Shown here one piece after another: positions 1 to 8,066 of a DNA stretch of 47,754 nucleotides (position 1 is the stretch's first letter; every line of letters begins with the position of its first letter). The position numbers and the translations under genes are program-made. The notes beneath the pieces were generated by a model. The model worked only from the letters and a program-made list of their open reading frames with translations, searched no databases and had not been told where the DNA came from. The stretch is from NCBI GenBank assembly GCA_018335915.1, contig JAGXRL010000158.1, positions 1 to 47,754 of the forward strand, written 5' to 3'. Source of the DNA: Candidatus Latescibacterota bacterium. Lineage in GTDB: Bacteria; Hydrothermota; Tepidihabitantia; Tepidihabitantales; CAIPLT01.

Positions 1-134
1 GTATGATGTTTGCGACCTAAAAATTCATCTTGTTCTAAACAGAGCGCGGTTTCGATCGAATCTTTTGCACCAGCCAGGGCTATTTTCTCAAGCGTATTAT
101 CAAGATAAACTTTACATTCACGCAGGGCCTCTGT
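1..134 (-). mobile_element. Possible 5' fragment of an IS256/Mutator-family transposase gene running off the left edge
   Basis: The minus-strand frame is open from 134 to the window edge and reads TEALRECKVYLDNTLEKIALAGAKDSIETALCLEQDEFLGRKHH. The ALxLEQDEFLGR stretch resembles the conserved N-terminal A-E-x-x-E-F/H-L-G helix of IS256-family transposases. There is no ATG/GTG/TTG after the upstream in-frame TAA, and only about 44 codons are visible. Confidence 0.3.
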
Positions 135-208
135 TTATGTTTTTGTTGATTTTTATTGACTCTTGACTTGCCTTTTTATTGTTATAATCTATCATTGTTG
201 TTCTTTCT

Positions 209-246
209 GCCGGTATCGGTTTTTGGTTGATACCGGCGCTTTTATT
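209..246 (+). terminator. Intrinsic-terminator-like hairpin
   Basis: A 9-bp stem (gccggtatc at 209-217, gataccggc at 229-237) with an 11-nt loop is followed by gcttttatt. No plus-strand gene lies upstream in the window, so it may belong to the end of the putative IS. Confidence 0.4.
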
Positions 247-313
247 ATACCCATAAAAAGGCATATTTTCAATTTCCACATAATTTGATTATATCTCTTT
301 TTTCAACACCCTG

Positions 314-553
314 CCTAACCTGATAGGTAACCTTATCGGCAACCTATTGGGTCGTTTAGTCGGTTGCCTAATAGGCAGTCCACTGGGCTGCCTGGGGGCT
401 GACCTGCTCCACAACCTACCGGCTTGCTGATTAGGACGCCTAATACATAACCGAGCAGATTACCAAATAAACTACCTGTCCGGCAATCGATCGGGTAACC
501 CGCCAACCAATCTGGTTGGCAACCAAGAGAGTCAGGTATGCCGCCCGACCTAT
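314..553. repeat. Degenerate tandem array with 12-nt period (about 20 units, consensus GGYAACCTAATN)
   Basis: Cutting 314-553 into 12-mers gives cctaacctgata / ggtaaccttatc / ggcaacctattg / ggtcgtttagtc / ggttgcctaata / ggcagtccactg / ggctgcctgggg and so on. GG recurs at unit positions 1-2 and AACC/TGCC/CGCC at positions 4-7. No ORF of 60 aa or more is present. Confidence 0.7.
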
Positions 554-592
554 TTTTGGCACATATATTGATTCTACAGAATTGCTATATTC

Positions 593-1645
593 TTATTGTT
601 TTATATAAGTTCTGATTTTTTTCAAGTTGTTGATAATAATCTTATTGAATCCAGGTTTATGAAAATCCGCCCCTTGAAAAATGGCCGAAACGACCGCGAT
701 ACCGGTCGTACCGGTTTGAATTACATCCCCAATATTTTGCCGGTTAATCCCACCGATAGCCACAACCGGAATTTTTACTGCCTTAACAATCTGTTGGAGA
801 ATCTTTAATCCAACAACCGGCGCGTTTGCTTTGGTAGATGACTGAAATATTGAGCCGACGCCGACGTATTGTGCGTTTTGTTTTTCTACTTGCAGTGCTT
901 GTTTAATATTTCTAACCGTAATTCCGATTATTTTCGATTCACCTAACAGTTCTTTTGCTTTTTTAATCGGCATATCGTTGCTGCCAAGATGAACCCCGTC
1001 TGCACTAACTGCTAAAGCTATGTCGGTCCGATTATTGATAATAAACTTTGCCTTGGCATTTATTAACGCTTTTTGAATCTGTCGGGCACTGGATAGCCAT
1101 TGTCTGGTTGTTGCTCTTTCTGTTTCGCGCAGTTGAAACATGGTCGCGCCACCCTGTAAACATACTCTGGTTATTTTTGCCAAATTTTTCCTGCCTACAG
1201 TTTTAATATCGATTATTACATATAACTGCGGATTAAATTCTGGCTTCATCTGCACAAAAAGTCTTTTTTCCAAATCGTAGAGCGTAAATCTTAAATCTTT
1301 GAAAAACCCGGCATGCTTTGTATTTATTAACTTAAACAGCTCTTCTAAAATTCGTGATGCTTCCTGGCTGCGCTTAAAATTTACAGTTAAAATATCCACA
1401 ATGTTTCCACGTTTGTGAATATCAAAGCGTATTTTTCTGCCTAAATCTTTTTCGCTTTGCCGGGAAAAAACAACTTGTTTTCTCAGAGTACTAAAATTTT
1501 TCCATAAGTTTTGTTTTGCTTTACGGATTCGATGCAATGATTGCTGGTCCTGAAAATAAAACCGGATTAAGTCTTCAATAGCTTTAATGCCTTCAGACAC
1601 CCGGTTAAAATTCACATCGATAATTTGATTTTTAATATTTAGCAT
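593..1645 (-). CDS. thiE: Thiamine-phosphate synthase (ThiE) with an extra ~140-aa N-terminal domain
   Basis: 350-aa ORF. The C-terminal ~210 aa carry TMP-synthase-type motifs (YVIIDI, GGATMFQLRE, ADGVHLG, VGVGSIFQSSTK, VVAIGGI). The N-terminal part is helical and unassigned. Confidence 0.85.
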   Translation of the reverse strand: MLNIKNQIIDVNFNRVSEGIKAIEDLIRFYFQDQQSLHRIRKAKQNLWKNFSTLRKQVVFSRQSEKDLGRKIRFDIHKRGNIVDILTVNFKRSQEASRILEELFKLINTKHAGFFKDLRFTLYDLEKRLFVQMKPEFNPQLYVIIDIKTVGRKNLAKITRVCLQGGATMFQLRETERATTRQWLSSARQIQKALINAKAKFIINNRTDIALAVSADGVHLGSNDMPIKKAKELLGESKIIGITVRNIKQALQVEKQNAQYVGVGSIFQSSTKANAPVVGLKILQQIVKAVKIPVVAIGGINRQNIGDVIQTGTTGIAVVSAIFQGADFHKPGFNKIIINNLKKIRTYIKQ

Positions 1646-1659
1646 AATCTGTCTTTTTA

Positions 1660-1688
1660 TACTATACTTAAGAAATAGGAACGGTCAA
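1660..1688 (-). promoter_or_regulatory. Sigma70-like promoter for thiE (-35 TTGACC embedded in the GC-rich motif, 17-nt spacer, -10 ATAGTA)
   Basis: The minus strand reads aataGGTGCGGGGTTGACC-gttcctatttcttaagt-ATAGTA, followed by 14 nt and the thiE ATG (1645). No Shine-Dalgarno sequence is present. Confidence 0.5.
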
Positions 1689-1776
1689 CCCCGCACCTAT
1701 TTCTTAAAACCTATCGGTATAAACATAAATTTCGTAGTAGTTTTGGCAGTATTAGAAAATAGGTGCGCGTCAACCC
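1683..1776. repeat. REPIN-like inverted doublet of the GC-rich motif (copy 1, rearranged right arm)
   Basis: The left arm is ggtcaaccccgcacctattt (1683-1702) and the right arm is gaaaataggtgcg (1755-1767). The cores CACCTATT and AATAGGTG are 56 nt apart. The right arm continues as cgtcaaccccc (1767-1777), which is a second left-arm-type sequence. Confidence 0.65.
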
Positions 1777-1778
1777 CC

Positions 1779-2026
1779 ATAATATAAATATAATATATAA
1801 TAAGTAATATAAGAATATTATTTATATTATAAGTGTGGATAAGCAGGATAAACAAGAGCGGGCTTTATATTTATTGTTATTTCTGTTCCACGCCAAGAAA
1901 ATAATACCTTTAAGAAATGTTGAAAAACAAGTGTTTTTACGACAATTGATAAAACTGCTTGACTTATCCACAATTTTTAAAGGATTATCGACAATTAGCA
2001 AACGGCTTATCCACCGTTTATCGACA
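1779..2026. other. Candidate oriC core: A/T tract (possible DUE) plus DnaA boxes
   Basis: 1779-1833 is almost pure A/T, with 3 G and no C. There are perfect DnaA boxes TTATCCACA at 1834-1842 (reverse orientation) and 1964-1972. One-mismatch boxes lie at 1985-1993 (TTATCGACA), 2007-2015 (TTATCCACC) and 2018-2026 (TTATCGACA). The last two lie inside the 3' end of dnaA. Confidence 0.65.
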
Positions 2027-3356
2027 TCGTAATCTGGTGAATATCCTGACTTATCTGTTGTTCTTGTTTTTTAAGGCCGGTAATTTTTTCGATAGCATGA
2101 ATCACGGTCGAATGGTCTTTGCCGCCAAAATAGGCGCCGATTTCTTTTAAAGACATACCGCCAAAAGTTCTTAATAAGTACATTGCCACTTGCCTGGCTA
2201 AAACCAGATTTGCGGTCCGTTCTTTAGACTGCATCTGGTCCAATGTTATATTATAATGATGCGCGCAGAGTTCGATGATTTTTAAAGGTTTGGGTGGCGC
2301 CTTGCTAATTTGAAGGTCAGATAAAACTTGTTTGGCAGTTTCCAGGGTTAACGGTGTATTAGTAAGCGAAGCATAACCACTAATCCGAATTAAGGCACCT
2401 TCAAGTTCACGGATATTGGTTCTAATATTCTCGGCAATAAAATAGATTATATCTGGTCCGACACTAATTCGGTCCATTTTCGCCTTATTATTCAAAATCG
2501 CAATCCGGGTTTCAATATCTGGCGGCTTTAAATCACAAACCATACCCGACATTAAACGCGAAACCAATCTTTCTTCAAGCGTTGGAATTTCCCGGGGCGG
2601 ACGGTCTGATGTAAATATAATCTGCCTGCCCATACTTTGCAGATGGTTAAATAAATGAAAAACATCTTCCTGCAACCGTTCTTTTCCTTTAAGATAATGA
2701 ATGTCATCGAGCAAGAGCAAATCAAGAGTGCGATATTTATTGTTAAAAGCAATATGATTACGCTCCTGGATAGATTGGATTAAATCAAGGAACATCTGCT
2801 CGGCTGGAGTATAATAGATTTTGAGTTTCGGATTGGCACTTTTCGCATAATTACCGATTGCGTGCAAGAGATGTGTTTTGCCAAGTCCGACTCCGCCATA
2901 AATAAATAAGGGATTGTATGCTTTTGCCGGTGCATCGGCTACTGCTTTGGCTGCCGCAAAACTGAATCGGTTAGATTCGCCAACGATAAAATTATCAAAA
3001 GCATATCGCAATAACAGGCGCGTACCATTGTTAGACCCGGTTGCAGACGCTGCTGGTTTTGCCACGACTTCTTCCTCTTCTTCAACAAGCAGATTGTCTG
3101 TGTCAATGACTTTAAACTCAATTTTAATATCAGGCACAGAAGATTTGGCAACAACCTGATTTAAATGGTTAAGATAATATTCAGAAATCCACTCGATAAA
3201 AAATTGATTGGGTGCACCCAGCACCAAAGAGCTGTTATTTAAAGACACTATCTGTAAAGATTCAAACCAGGTCGAAACCACATCCTGATTAACTACTGCT
3301 TTTAAACCAGAAATAATTTCAGACCAAATCGATTCCTTAGTTATGTCATTATTCAT
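2007..3356 (-). CDS. dnaA: Chromosomal replication initiator protein DnaA
   Basis: 449 aa. It has the AAA+ Walker A motif GGVGLGKTHLLHAIGN, Walker B LLLDDIH, and the C-terminal DNA-binding region ARQVAMYLLR...GGKDHSTVIHA. Confidence 0.97.
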   Translation of the reverse strand: MNNDITKESIWSEIISGLKAVVNQDVVSTWFESLQIVSLNNSSLVLGAPNQFFIEWISEYYLNHLNQVVAKSSVPDIKIEFKVIDTDNLLVEEEEEVVAKPAASATGSNNGTRLLLRYAFDNFIVGESNRFSFAAAKAVADAPAKAYNPLFIYGGVGLGKTHLLHAIGNYAKSANPKLKIYYTPAEQMFLDLIQSIQERNHIAFNNKYRTLDLLLLDDIHYLKGKERLQEDVFHLFNHLQSMGRQIIFTSDRPPREIPTLEERLVSRLMSGMVCDLKPPDIETRIAILNNKAKMDRISVGPDIIYFIAENIRTNIRELEGALIRISGYASLTNTPLTLETAKQVLSDLQISKAPPKPLKIIELCAHHYNITLDQMQSKERTANLVLARQVAMYLLRTFGGMSLKEIGAYFGGKDHSTVIHAIEKITGLKKQEQQISQDIHQITMSINGG

Positions 3357-3387
3357 CGCCGTTTTGTATCATCATTGTTTCACCAAC

Positions 3388-3481
3388 TTATCCACAAACT
3401 TTTCCACAATTTCAAATTATTTAAATCGTTAAAAAACAAAAATTTACAGCTTGTTAAATAACTTTTCCACAATTTCAAATT
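3388..3481. promoter_or_regulatory. DnaA-box cluster upstream of dnaA, including a 21-nt perfect direct repeat
   Basis: A perfect TTATCCACA box lies at 3388-3396, and TTTTCCACA boxes lie at 3400-3408 and 3463-3471. The sequence acttttccacaatttcaaatt occurs identically at 3398-3418 and 3461-3481. Confidence 0.6.
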
Positions 3482-3571
3482 TACTTATTTTCGCTTTTGC
3501 GAATGCTCGAATATCATTCTATGCTAATTTTATGGATTGTCAAGGATTATTTATTAAAATATGATAAATAT

Positions 3572-5833
3572 TTATTTTTGTCCGGCAACAACAGCCTGGC
3601 CAAAACTAATACCGCCGTCATTGACAGGTGTACGGCGATTGACATAAAACTTGAACCCTTGTTTAGACAAGGCATGCTCAATTCCTTGTAAAACAATTCT
3701 ATTCTGAAACACCCCGCCTGAGCCGCAAACAACCTTAATCTTGTATTTGTCCCCAAAAAAGATAACCCGCGATAGGATTTCAGAAATTATTCTCTGGTGA
3801 AAATGCATTGCAATATCAGAAATAATGCAATTACTCTTTTTCATCTTTATAATTTCTTGCAAAATATTATGCGGGTCAATTAAATTAGAATGTAGAACAT
3901 GGAATATGGAATATGGAATTTTATGGCGGCGTGCTTTCATTGCTTCAGCTTCAAGCCCAATCGGTGCTTCGCCCTCAAAAGTCTGTTTGTGGCAGACACC
4001 CAAAATTGATGCAACCGCGTCAAACAATCGAGCCATACTCGATGTCATAATCATACCAGAATTTCGTCCCGAACTTAATTCAGGATCGAATTTCGAATTT
4101 CGAATTTTTGACAGGTATGTTTTTGCAATTAAACGTGGATTAGTTGTTGCGACATCGCCACCAGCCAATGGCATGTATTTTAAATAAGACAGCCGGTCAA
4201 AACCAGACAAATCCAACTTCATAATCTCGCTTCCCCATATCTGGCCATCAGTTCCATAACCGGTTCCGTCAAAACCAAGGCCAATAACTGGTTTAGTTAA
4301 ACCATTTTCTGCCATAACCCCGGCTAAATGAGCATAATGGTGCTGGGCTCCAATTACTTTAATCCGGTGTTTTTTCGCATATTCTTGAGCTAGACGCACT
4401 GAAATATAATCTGGATGCAGGTCACAAGCAACAATCTCTGGTTTAATATTAAACCATTTCTGATATTTTTCCAGCATTTCAAATAAAAAAGCTATGCTAT
4501 CGCCAGAAATTAAATCGCCAATATATGGACTTAAATAAACCTTATTACCTTGACCGAGCGCAAAACTGTTCTTTAGATCAGAGCCAAACGCCAAAACCGG
4601 CCTTAATCTGATATTGTCTAAAATCAAAGGTTCGGGCACATAACCACGCGAATAACGGACAATAACAGGTCCCTTATAATCGAAAACTATAGAATCATCA
4701 CACCTGGATTCAATTGGCCGATTATGGTCCAAAACATAATCAACAACCTTGTTCAATTTAAGTTGTACTTGATTAAAATCGGCAATAATCGGAGCGCCTT
4801 TAGGATTGGCACTCGTCATTACTAATATATCTGGCAATGTTTCACGTGAAACATTTGCAAATAACAATTTATGTAAAGGCGTATAAGGCAACATTATGCC
4901 AAAACAGTTGTTTTTTGGTGCAATTTGCTCAGAAATCAATGTATTTTTGCGTTTTTGTAATAAAACAATTGGTGAAATTTGAGATTTTAATATCTTTTCT
5001 TCGTTCTTATTAATTTTACATATTAATCTGGCAGTTTTAATGTCTTTACACATTATTGCCATTGGTTTAAACGGTCGGTTTTTTCTTATTCTCACGCTTT
5101 TTACAGCGTTGTTGTTTCTTGCATCGCAAGCAATTTGAAACCCCCCAATGCTTCTTATTGCAACAATCTTGCCTTTTGTTAATAATTCTTGTGTTTTTTT
5201 TATAATAATCCGACTGTCTCCAATTATTATAGTATTGCCTTGTAAATCAGTTAATCTTAATTTAGGTCCACAAACAGGGCAGGCATTTGGTTGGGCATGA
5301 AAACGCCGGTCAGTCGGATTTTCATACTCTGTTTGGCAATTTTCACACATTTTAAAGATTTTCATAGTAGTTCTTGGTCTATCATAGGGCAGGGTTTTGA
5401 TTATTGAATATCTTGGTCCGCACTGCGTACAATTGGTAAAAGGATAAGAATATCTGCGATTTTTTATATTTATAATGTCTTTGCGGCAATCAGGGCAAGT
5501 TGCCATGTCAGGCATTATTTCAACAGTTTCAGCGCTTTTGTAGTTTTCAGCACTTTTTTGTATAAAAAACCCATTAAATTGCATCATTTTTGATATATTT
5601 ATTGATAATTTCGTGATTTTTGATAATATTGGTGGGGTTTTTTTGAGTATTTCAATCAGGATTTTACTGTTTTTTCCTTGTAATACTATTAAAACACCTT
5701 GTTTTGTGTTTTTGACAAACCCTGTTAGATTAAGTTTGAGTGCTTGATTATAAACAAAGGGTCGAAAACCAATTCCTTGAACCCTGCCTTTTGCGAGAAC
5801 AGAATAAGTTATAACTTTGCAGGACTTTTTCAC
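3572..5833 (-). CDS. hypF: [NiFe]-hydrogenase maturation carbamoyltransferase HypF
   Basis: 753 aa with a GTG start. It has the acylphosphatase motif VQGIGFRPFVY and two zinc-finger pairs (CPDC...CTQCGPRYS and CENC...CPVCGP). The remainder is collinear with the YrdC-like and Kae1-like HypF domains. Confidence 0.95.
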   Translation of the reverse strand: MKKSCKVITYSVLAKGRVQGIGFRPFVYNQALKLNLTGFVKNTKQGVLIVLQGKNSKILIEILKKTPPILSKITKLSINISKMMQFNGFFIQKSAENYKSAETVEIMPDMATCPDCRKDIINIKNRRYSYPFTNCTQCGPRYSIIKTLPYDRPRTTMKIFKMCENCQTEYENPTDRRFHAQPNACPVCGPKLRLTDLQGNTIIIGDSRIIIKKTQELLTKGKIVAIRSIGGFQIACDARNNNAVKSVRIRKNRPFKPMAIMCKDIKTARLICKINKNEEKILKSQISPIVLLQKRKNTLISEQIAPKNNCFGIMLPYTPLHKLLFANVSRETLPDILVMTSANPKGAPIIADFNQVQLKLNKVVDYVLDHNRPIESRCDDSIVFDYKGPVIVRYSRGYVPEPLILDNIRLRPVLAFGSDLKNSFALGQGNKVYLSPYIGDLISGDSIAFLFEMLEKYQKWFNIKPEIVACDLHPDYISVRLAQEYAKKHRIKVIGAQHHYAHLAGVMAENGLTKPVIGLGFDGTGYGTDGQIWGSEIMKLDLSGFDRLSYLKYMPLAGGDVATTNPRLIAKTYLSKIRNSKFDPELSSGRNSGMIMTSSMARLFDAVASILGVCHKQTFEGEAPIGLEAEAMKARRHKIPYSIFHVLHSNLIDPHNILQEIIKMKKSNCIISDIAMHFHQRIISEILSRVIFFGDKYKIKVVCGSGGVFQNRIVLQGIEHALSKQGFKFYVNRRTPVNDGGISFGQAVVAGQK

Positions 5834-5842
5834 ACAACAAGA

Positions 5843-7093
5843 TTATGTCTTTAAGGGTTTTTTCTCAGCCGCAGGGAACAAGACATTATTAAGTATTAAA
5901 CGATAACCAGGGGAGTTTTTATGAAGTTCGAGATTGGTCGGTGGGTCGCCAATCCGGTGGGCAAAGTCTTCTGGGTCGTGTCCACCGAGAAAGGTGAATG
6001 TTCCTTTACCGTGTTTACCATGAATGTATTTTACTTGTTCGGTATTTGCAATGTCGCCAAGAATCAGAATGTTATCCTTGATTTTATCGCGACGAAATCC
6101 ACAATTTTGACCTAAAAATTCTTTAACTAAAGAAACATGGTTCTGAACCAACATGGTCGGCACCGGGTCATATTTTGCCGAAAAATCGAAAAGCGAGAAA
6201 TAGACATTAGAACCACGGGCAATTGTTTCTAAGTATGTATCAATGTCTGAATGTTCGTATATATTTGGGTTTATGATTGGTGTAAAGTTTTGAAAGGCAA
6301 GGCATTTGGTATAATCCAATTTGCTCATAAAATCCGGGTCAACCGGGTCGCCGTCAAACTCAGCCGGCACAATATCTGTGTTTTCTGCGGCTAAGGCAAT
6401 ATCTGGCGTATCTGTGGCAGAGCACATTGCAAATACCATTCCGCCCGATTCAATATATTTTTTTACTTGTTGAATCACGGCGAGTTTTAATTTTGATACC
6501 TTGTTAAACCCTAGAGATTTAGCCATTAACTGATTGAGTATAACATCTTGCTGATACCATTCTGTACCATGATAATGGGCGCCAAATTTGCCAAACTGAC
6601 CGGTAAAATCTTCGTGGTGCAAATGTAGCCAGTCATATTTGTATAATTTACCTTCAAGAACCTCTTTATCCCAGAGTTTGTCATAAGGGATTTTAGCATA
6701 ATCAAGTGCGAGTTGTACTGCGTCGTCCCATGGTAGCGCATTCGGCGGAACATATACTGCGATCTTGGGCGCCTTTTCCAAAAGAATAGCATCCATGTTT
6801 TCCTGTTCAATAATTTTTCGAATCGAAATCTCCTGACCCGGATCTATTATTTCAGTTCTGACGCCTCGAATCTGACACAATCTAATTATCGATGGGTCCT
6901 CAGGTAATAAAAAAGAACCACCCCGGTAATTTAATAACCACTCAGCGGTTACGCCTTGTTCCAGGACTGTATAAGCCACACCATAAGCCATTAAATGATT
7001 TGTCTGCGTTAAATCCATCGGAATCAGCAGTTTGGCAAATATAACCGACTGAAATAACAGGGTAAATAGTGTTGTATATAATAATTTTCTCAT
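5843..7093 (-). CDS. Secreted conserved hypothetical protein
   Basis: 416 aa with an N-terminal signal peptide (LFTLLFQSVIFA). The LIPMDLTQTNHLMAYGVAY start of the mature part is, from memory only, reminiscent of a secreted family common in FCB-group genomes. Its ATG overlaps the arcC stop (ATGA). Confidence 0.5.
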   Translation of the reverse strand: MRKLLYTTLFTLLFQSVIFAKLLIPMDLTQTNHLMAYGVAYTVLEQGVTAEWLLNYRGGSFLLPEDPSIIRLCQIRGVRTEIIDPGQEISIRKIIEQENMDAILLEKAPKIAVYVPPNALPWDDAVQLALDYAKIPYDKLWDKEVLEGKLYKYDWLHLHHEDFTGQFGKFGAHYHGTEWYQQDVILNQLMAKSLGFNKVSKLKLAVIQQVKKYIESGGMVFAMCSATDTPDIALAAENTDIVPAEFDGDPVDPDFMSKLDYTKCLAFQNFTPIINPNIYEHSDIDTYLETIARGSNVYFSLFDFSAKYDPVPTMLVQNHVSLVKEFLGQNCGFRRDKIKDNILILGDIANTEQVKYIHGKHGKGTFTFLGGHDPEDFAHRIGDPPTNLELHKNSPGYRLILNNVLFPAAEKKPLKT

Positions 7094-8061
7094 GGTTTAT
7101 AAATCCTGGTGCCGACTTTGGCGTGGAAAATAGATTTACTAAGATTTTTAGGGTCGGTTATAATTGTTGTTCGGTTTCGGGTGTTTTTTATAAACACAAT
7201 GCCGGCGCTGATTTTTGGCCCCATGTTTCCTTGCCCAAAATGCCCTTGGTCAAGGTACTTTTGCGCCTGTTTTATAGTAATCTTATATAATGGTTTTTGA
7301 CGCGGTTGGTTGAAATAGATATATGCGCAATCAACGCTGGTCGATATGAGTAAAATATCCGCCCTGATTAGGTTTGCGAGCAATGCCGAAGTTAAGTCTT
7401 TATCAATAACAGCCGACAGCGGAACAAGTTGTCCACGGGAATTTCTAAAAACTGGAATACCACCGCCCCCGCCAGCAATCACAACCACGCCAGATTCGAT
7501 AAGACATTGAATTTCATTTAGTTCAACAATTTGGTTTGGTTGGGGGGAGCTGACCAGTCGTCTGAATCCACGGCCGGCGTCTTCTTTCATAATCCATTTC
7601 CGTTCGGTTTGGAGGGTAAACGCTTCTTTTTTGGAATAAAACGGGCCGACCGGTTTTGTGTAATTGCTAAAGGCAGGGTCTTTTTTATCTACTATAACCT
7701 GGGTAATGACCGTTACCACATCGCGTTTAATTTTTCGACTGAGCAATTCATTTTTTAATGATTGTTGAATCATGTATCCGATTTGGCTTTGAGTTATTGC
7801 ATTTGCCATGTCGAGCGGTATATCAGGCATGTGATTGCGGGTAAGGTATGAGCGAATTAAAATGTCGCCAACTTGCGGTCCGTTGCCATGCGTAATGACA
7901 ACACGGTATCCCTGTTCAATTATATCGGCAATGTTTTGCGTGGTTTCTTTGACGGTCTCAAGTTGTTCGTCAAAACTTGTCGATTGGCTGCCGTTTCTGA
8001 TTAATGAATTTCCGCCAATCGCAACTACAATCGTTTTCGCATTTAAAGAGATTTTACCCAT
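7090..8061 (-). CDS. arcC: Carbamate kinase
   Basis: 323 aa. It has VVAIGGNSL near the N-terminus and the carbamate-kinase signature ITHGNGPQVG, followed by the amino-acid-kinase fold. Confidence 0.9.
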   Translation of the reverse strand: MGKISLNAKTIVVAIGGNSLIRNGSQSTSFDEQLETVKETTQNIADIIEQGYRVVITHGNGPQVGDILIRSYLTRNHMPDIPLDMANAITQSQIGYMIQQSLKNELLSRKIKRDVVTVITQVIVDKKDPAFSNYTKPVGPFYSKKEAFTLQTERKWIMKEDAGRGFRRLVSSPQPNQIVELNEIQCLIESGVVVIAGGGGGIPVFRNSRGQLVPLSAVIDKDLTSALLANLIRADILLISTSVDCAYIYFNQPRQKPLYKITIKQAQKYLDQGHFGQGNMGPKISAGIVFIKNTRNRTTIITDPKNLSKSIFHAKVGTRIYKP

Positions 8062-8066
8062 AATAA

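Noticed and set aside
156-188. Promoter from TTGACT (156 or 163) plus TATAAT (183-188)
   Set aside because: The spacers are 21 nt and 14 nt, both outside the functional 16-18-nt range.
428-430. TGA recoding (code 4/25) to make the 12-nt array a continuous repeat-protein ORF
   Set aside because: TGA clearly acts as a stop for pgk (41281-41283) and tpiA (42027-42029), among others. The array frame also lacks any start codon.
1683-1776. Interpretation of the GC-rich doublets as CRISPR repeats or integron attC sites
   Set aside because: The arms are inverted rather than direct. The copies are dispersed singly rather than arrayed. No cas or intI genes are present. GGTCAAC/GTTGACC only loosely resembles the attC RYYYAAC/GTTRRRY cores.
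1646-1800. TPP riboswitch upstream of thiE
   Set aside because: I could not find the conserved CUGAGA / ACCUGAUCUGGAUAAUGCCAGC-type elements on the minus strand. The predicted promoter leaves only about 7 nt of leader.
1835-2150. Two short plus-strand ORFs (1835-2032, 1959-2150)
   Set aside because: They lie in the DnaA-box region and antisense to the dnaA 3' end. They are more parsimoniously explained as origin or regulatory DNA.
3825-4187. Antisense and overlapping ORFs inside long, well-supported genes (for example 3825-4187, 8931-9278, 11046-11516, 14908-15441, 16173-16598, 22756-23250, 23260-23688, 27797-28207, 40830-41252, 41408-41800, 44278-44577)
   Set aside because: Each is fully embedded opposite, or out of frame with, a gene with clear family motifs. 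None has recognisable motifs or a ribosome-binding site.
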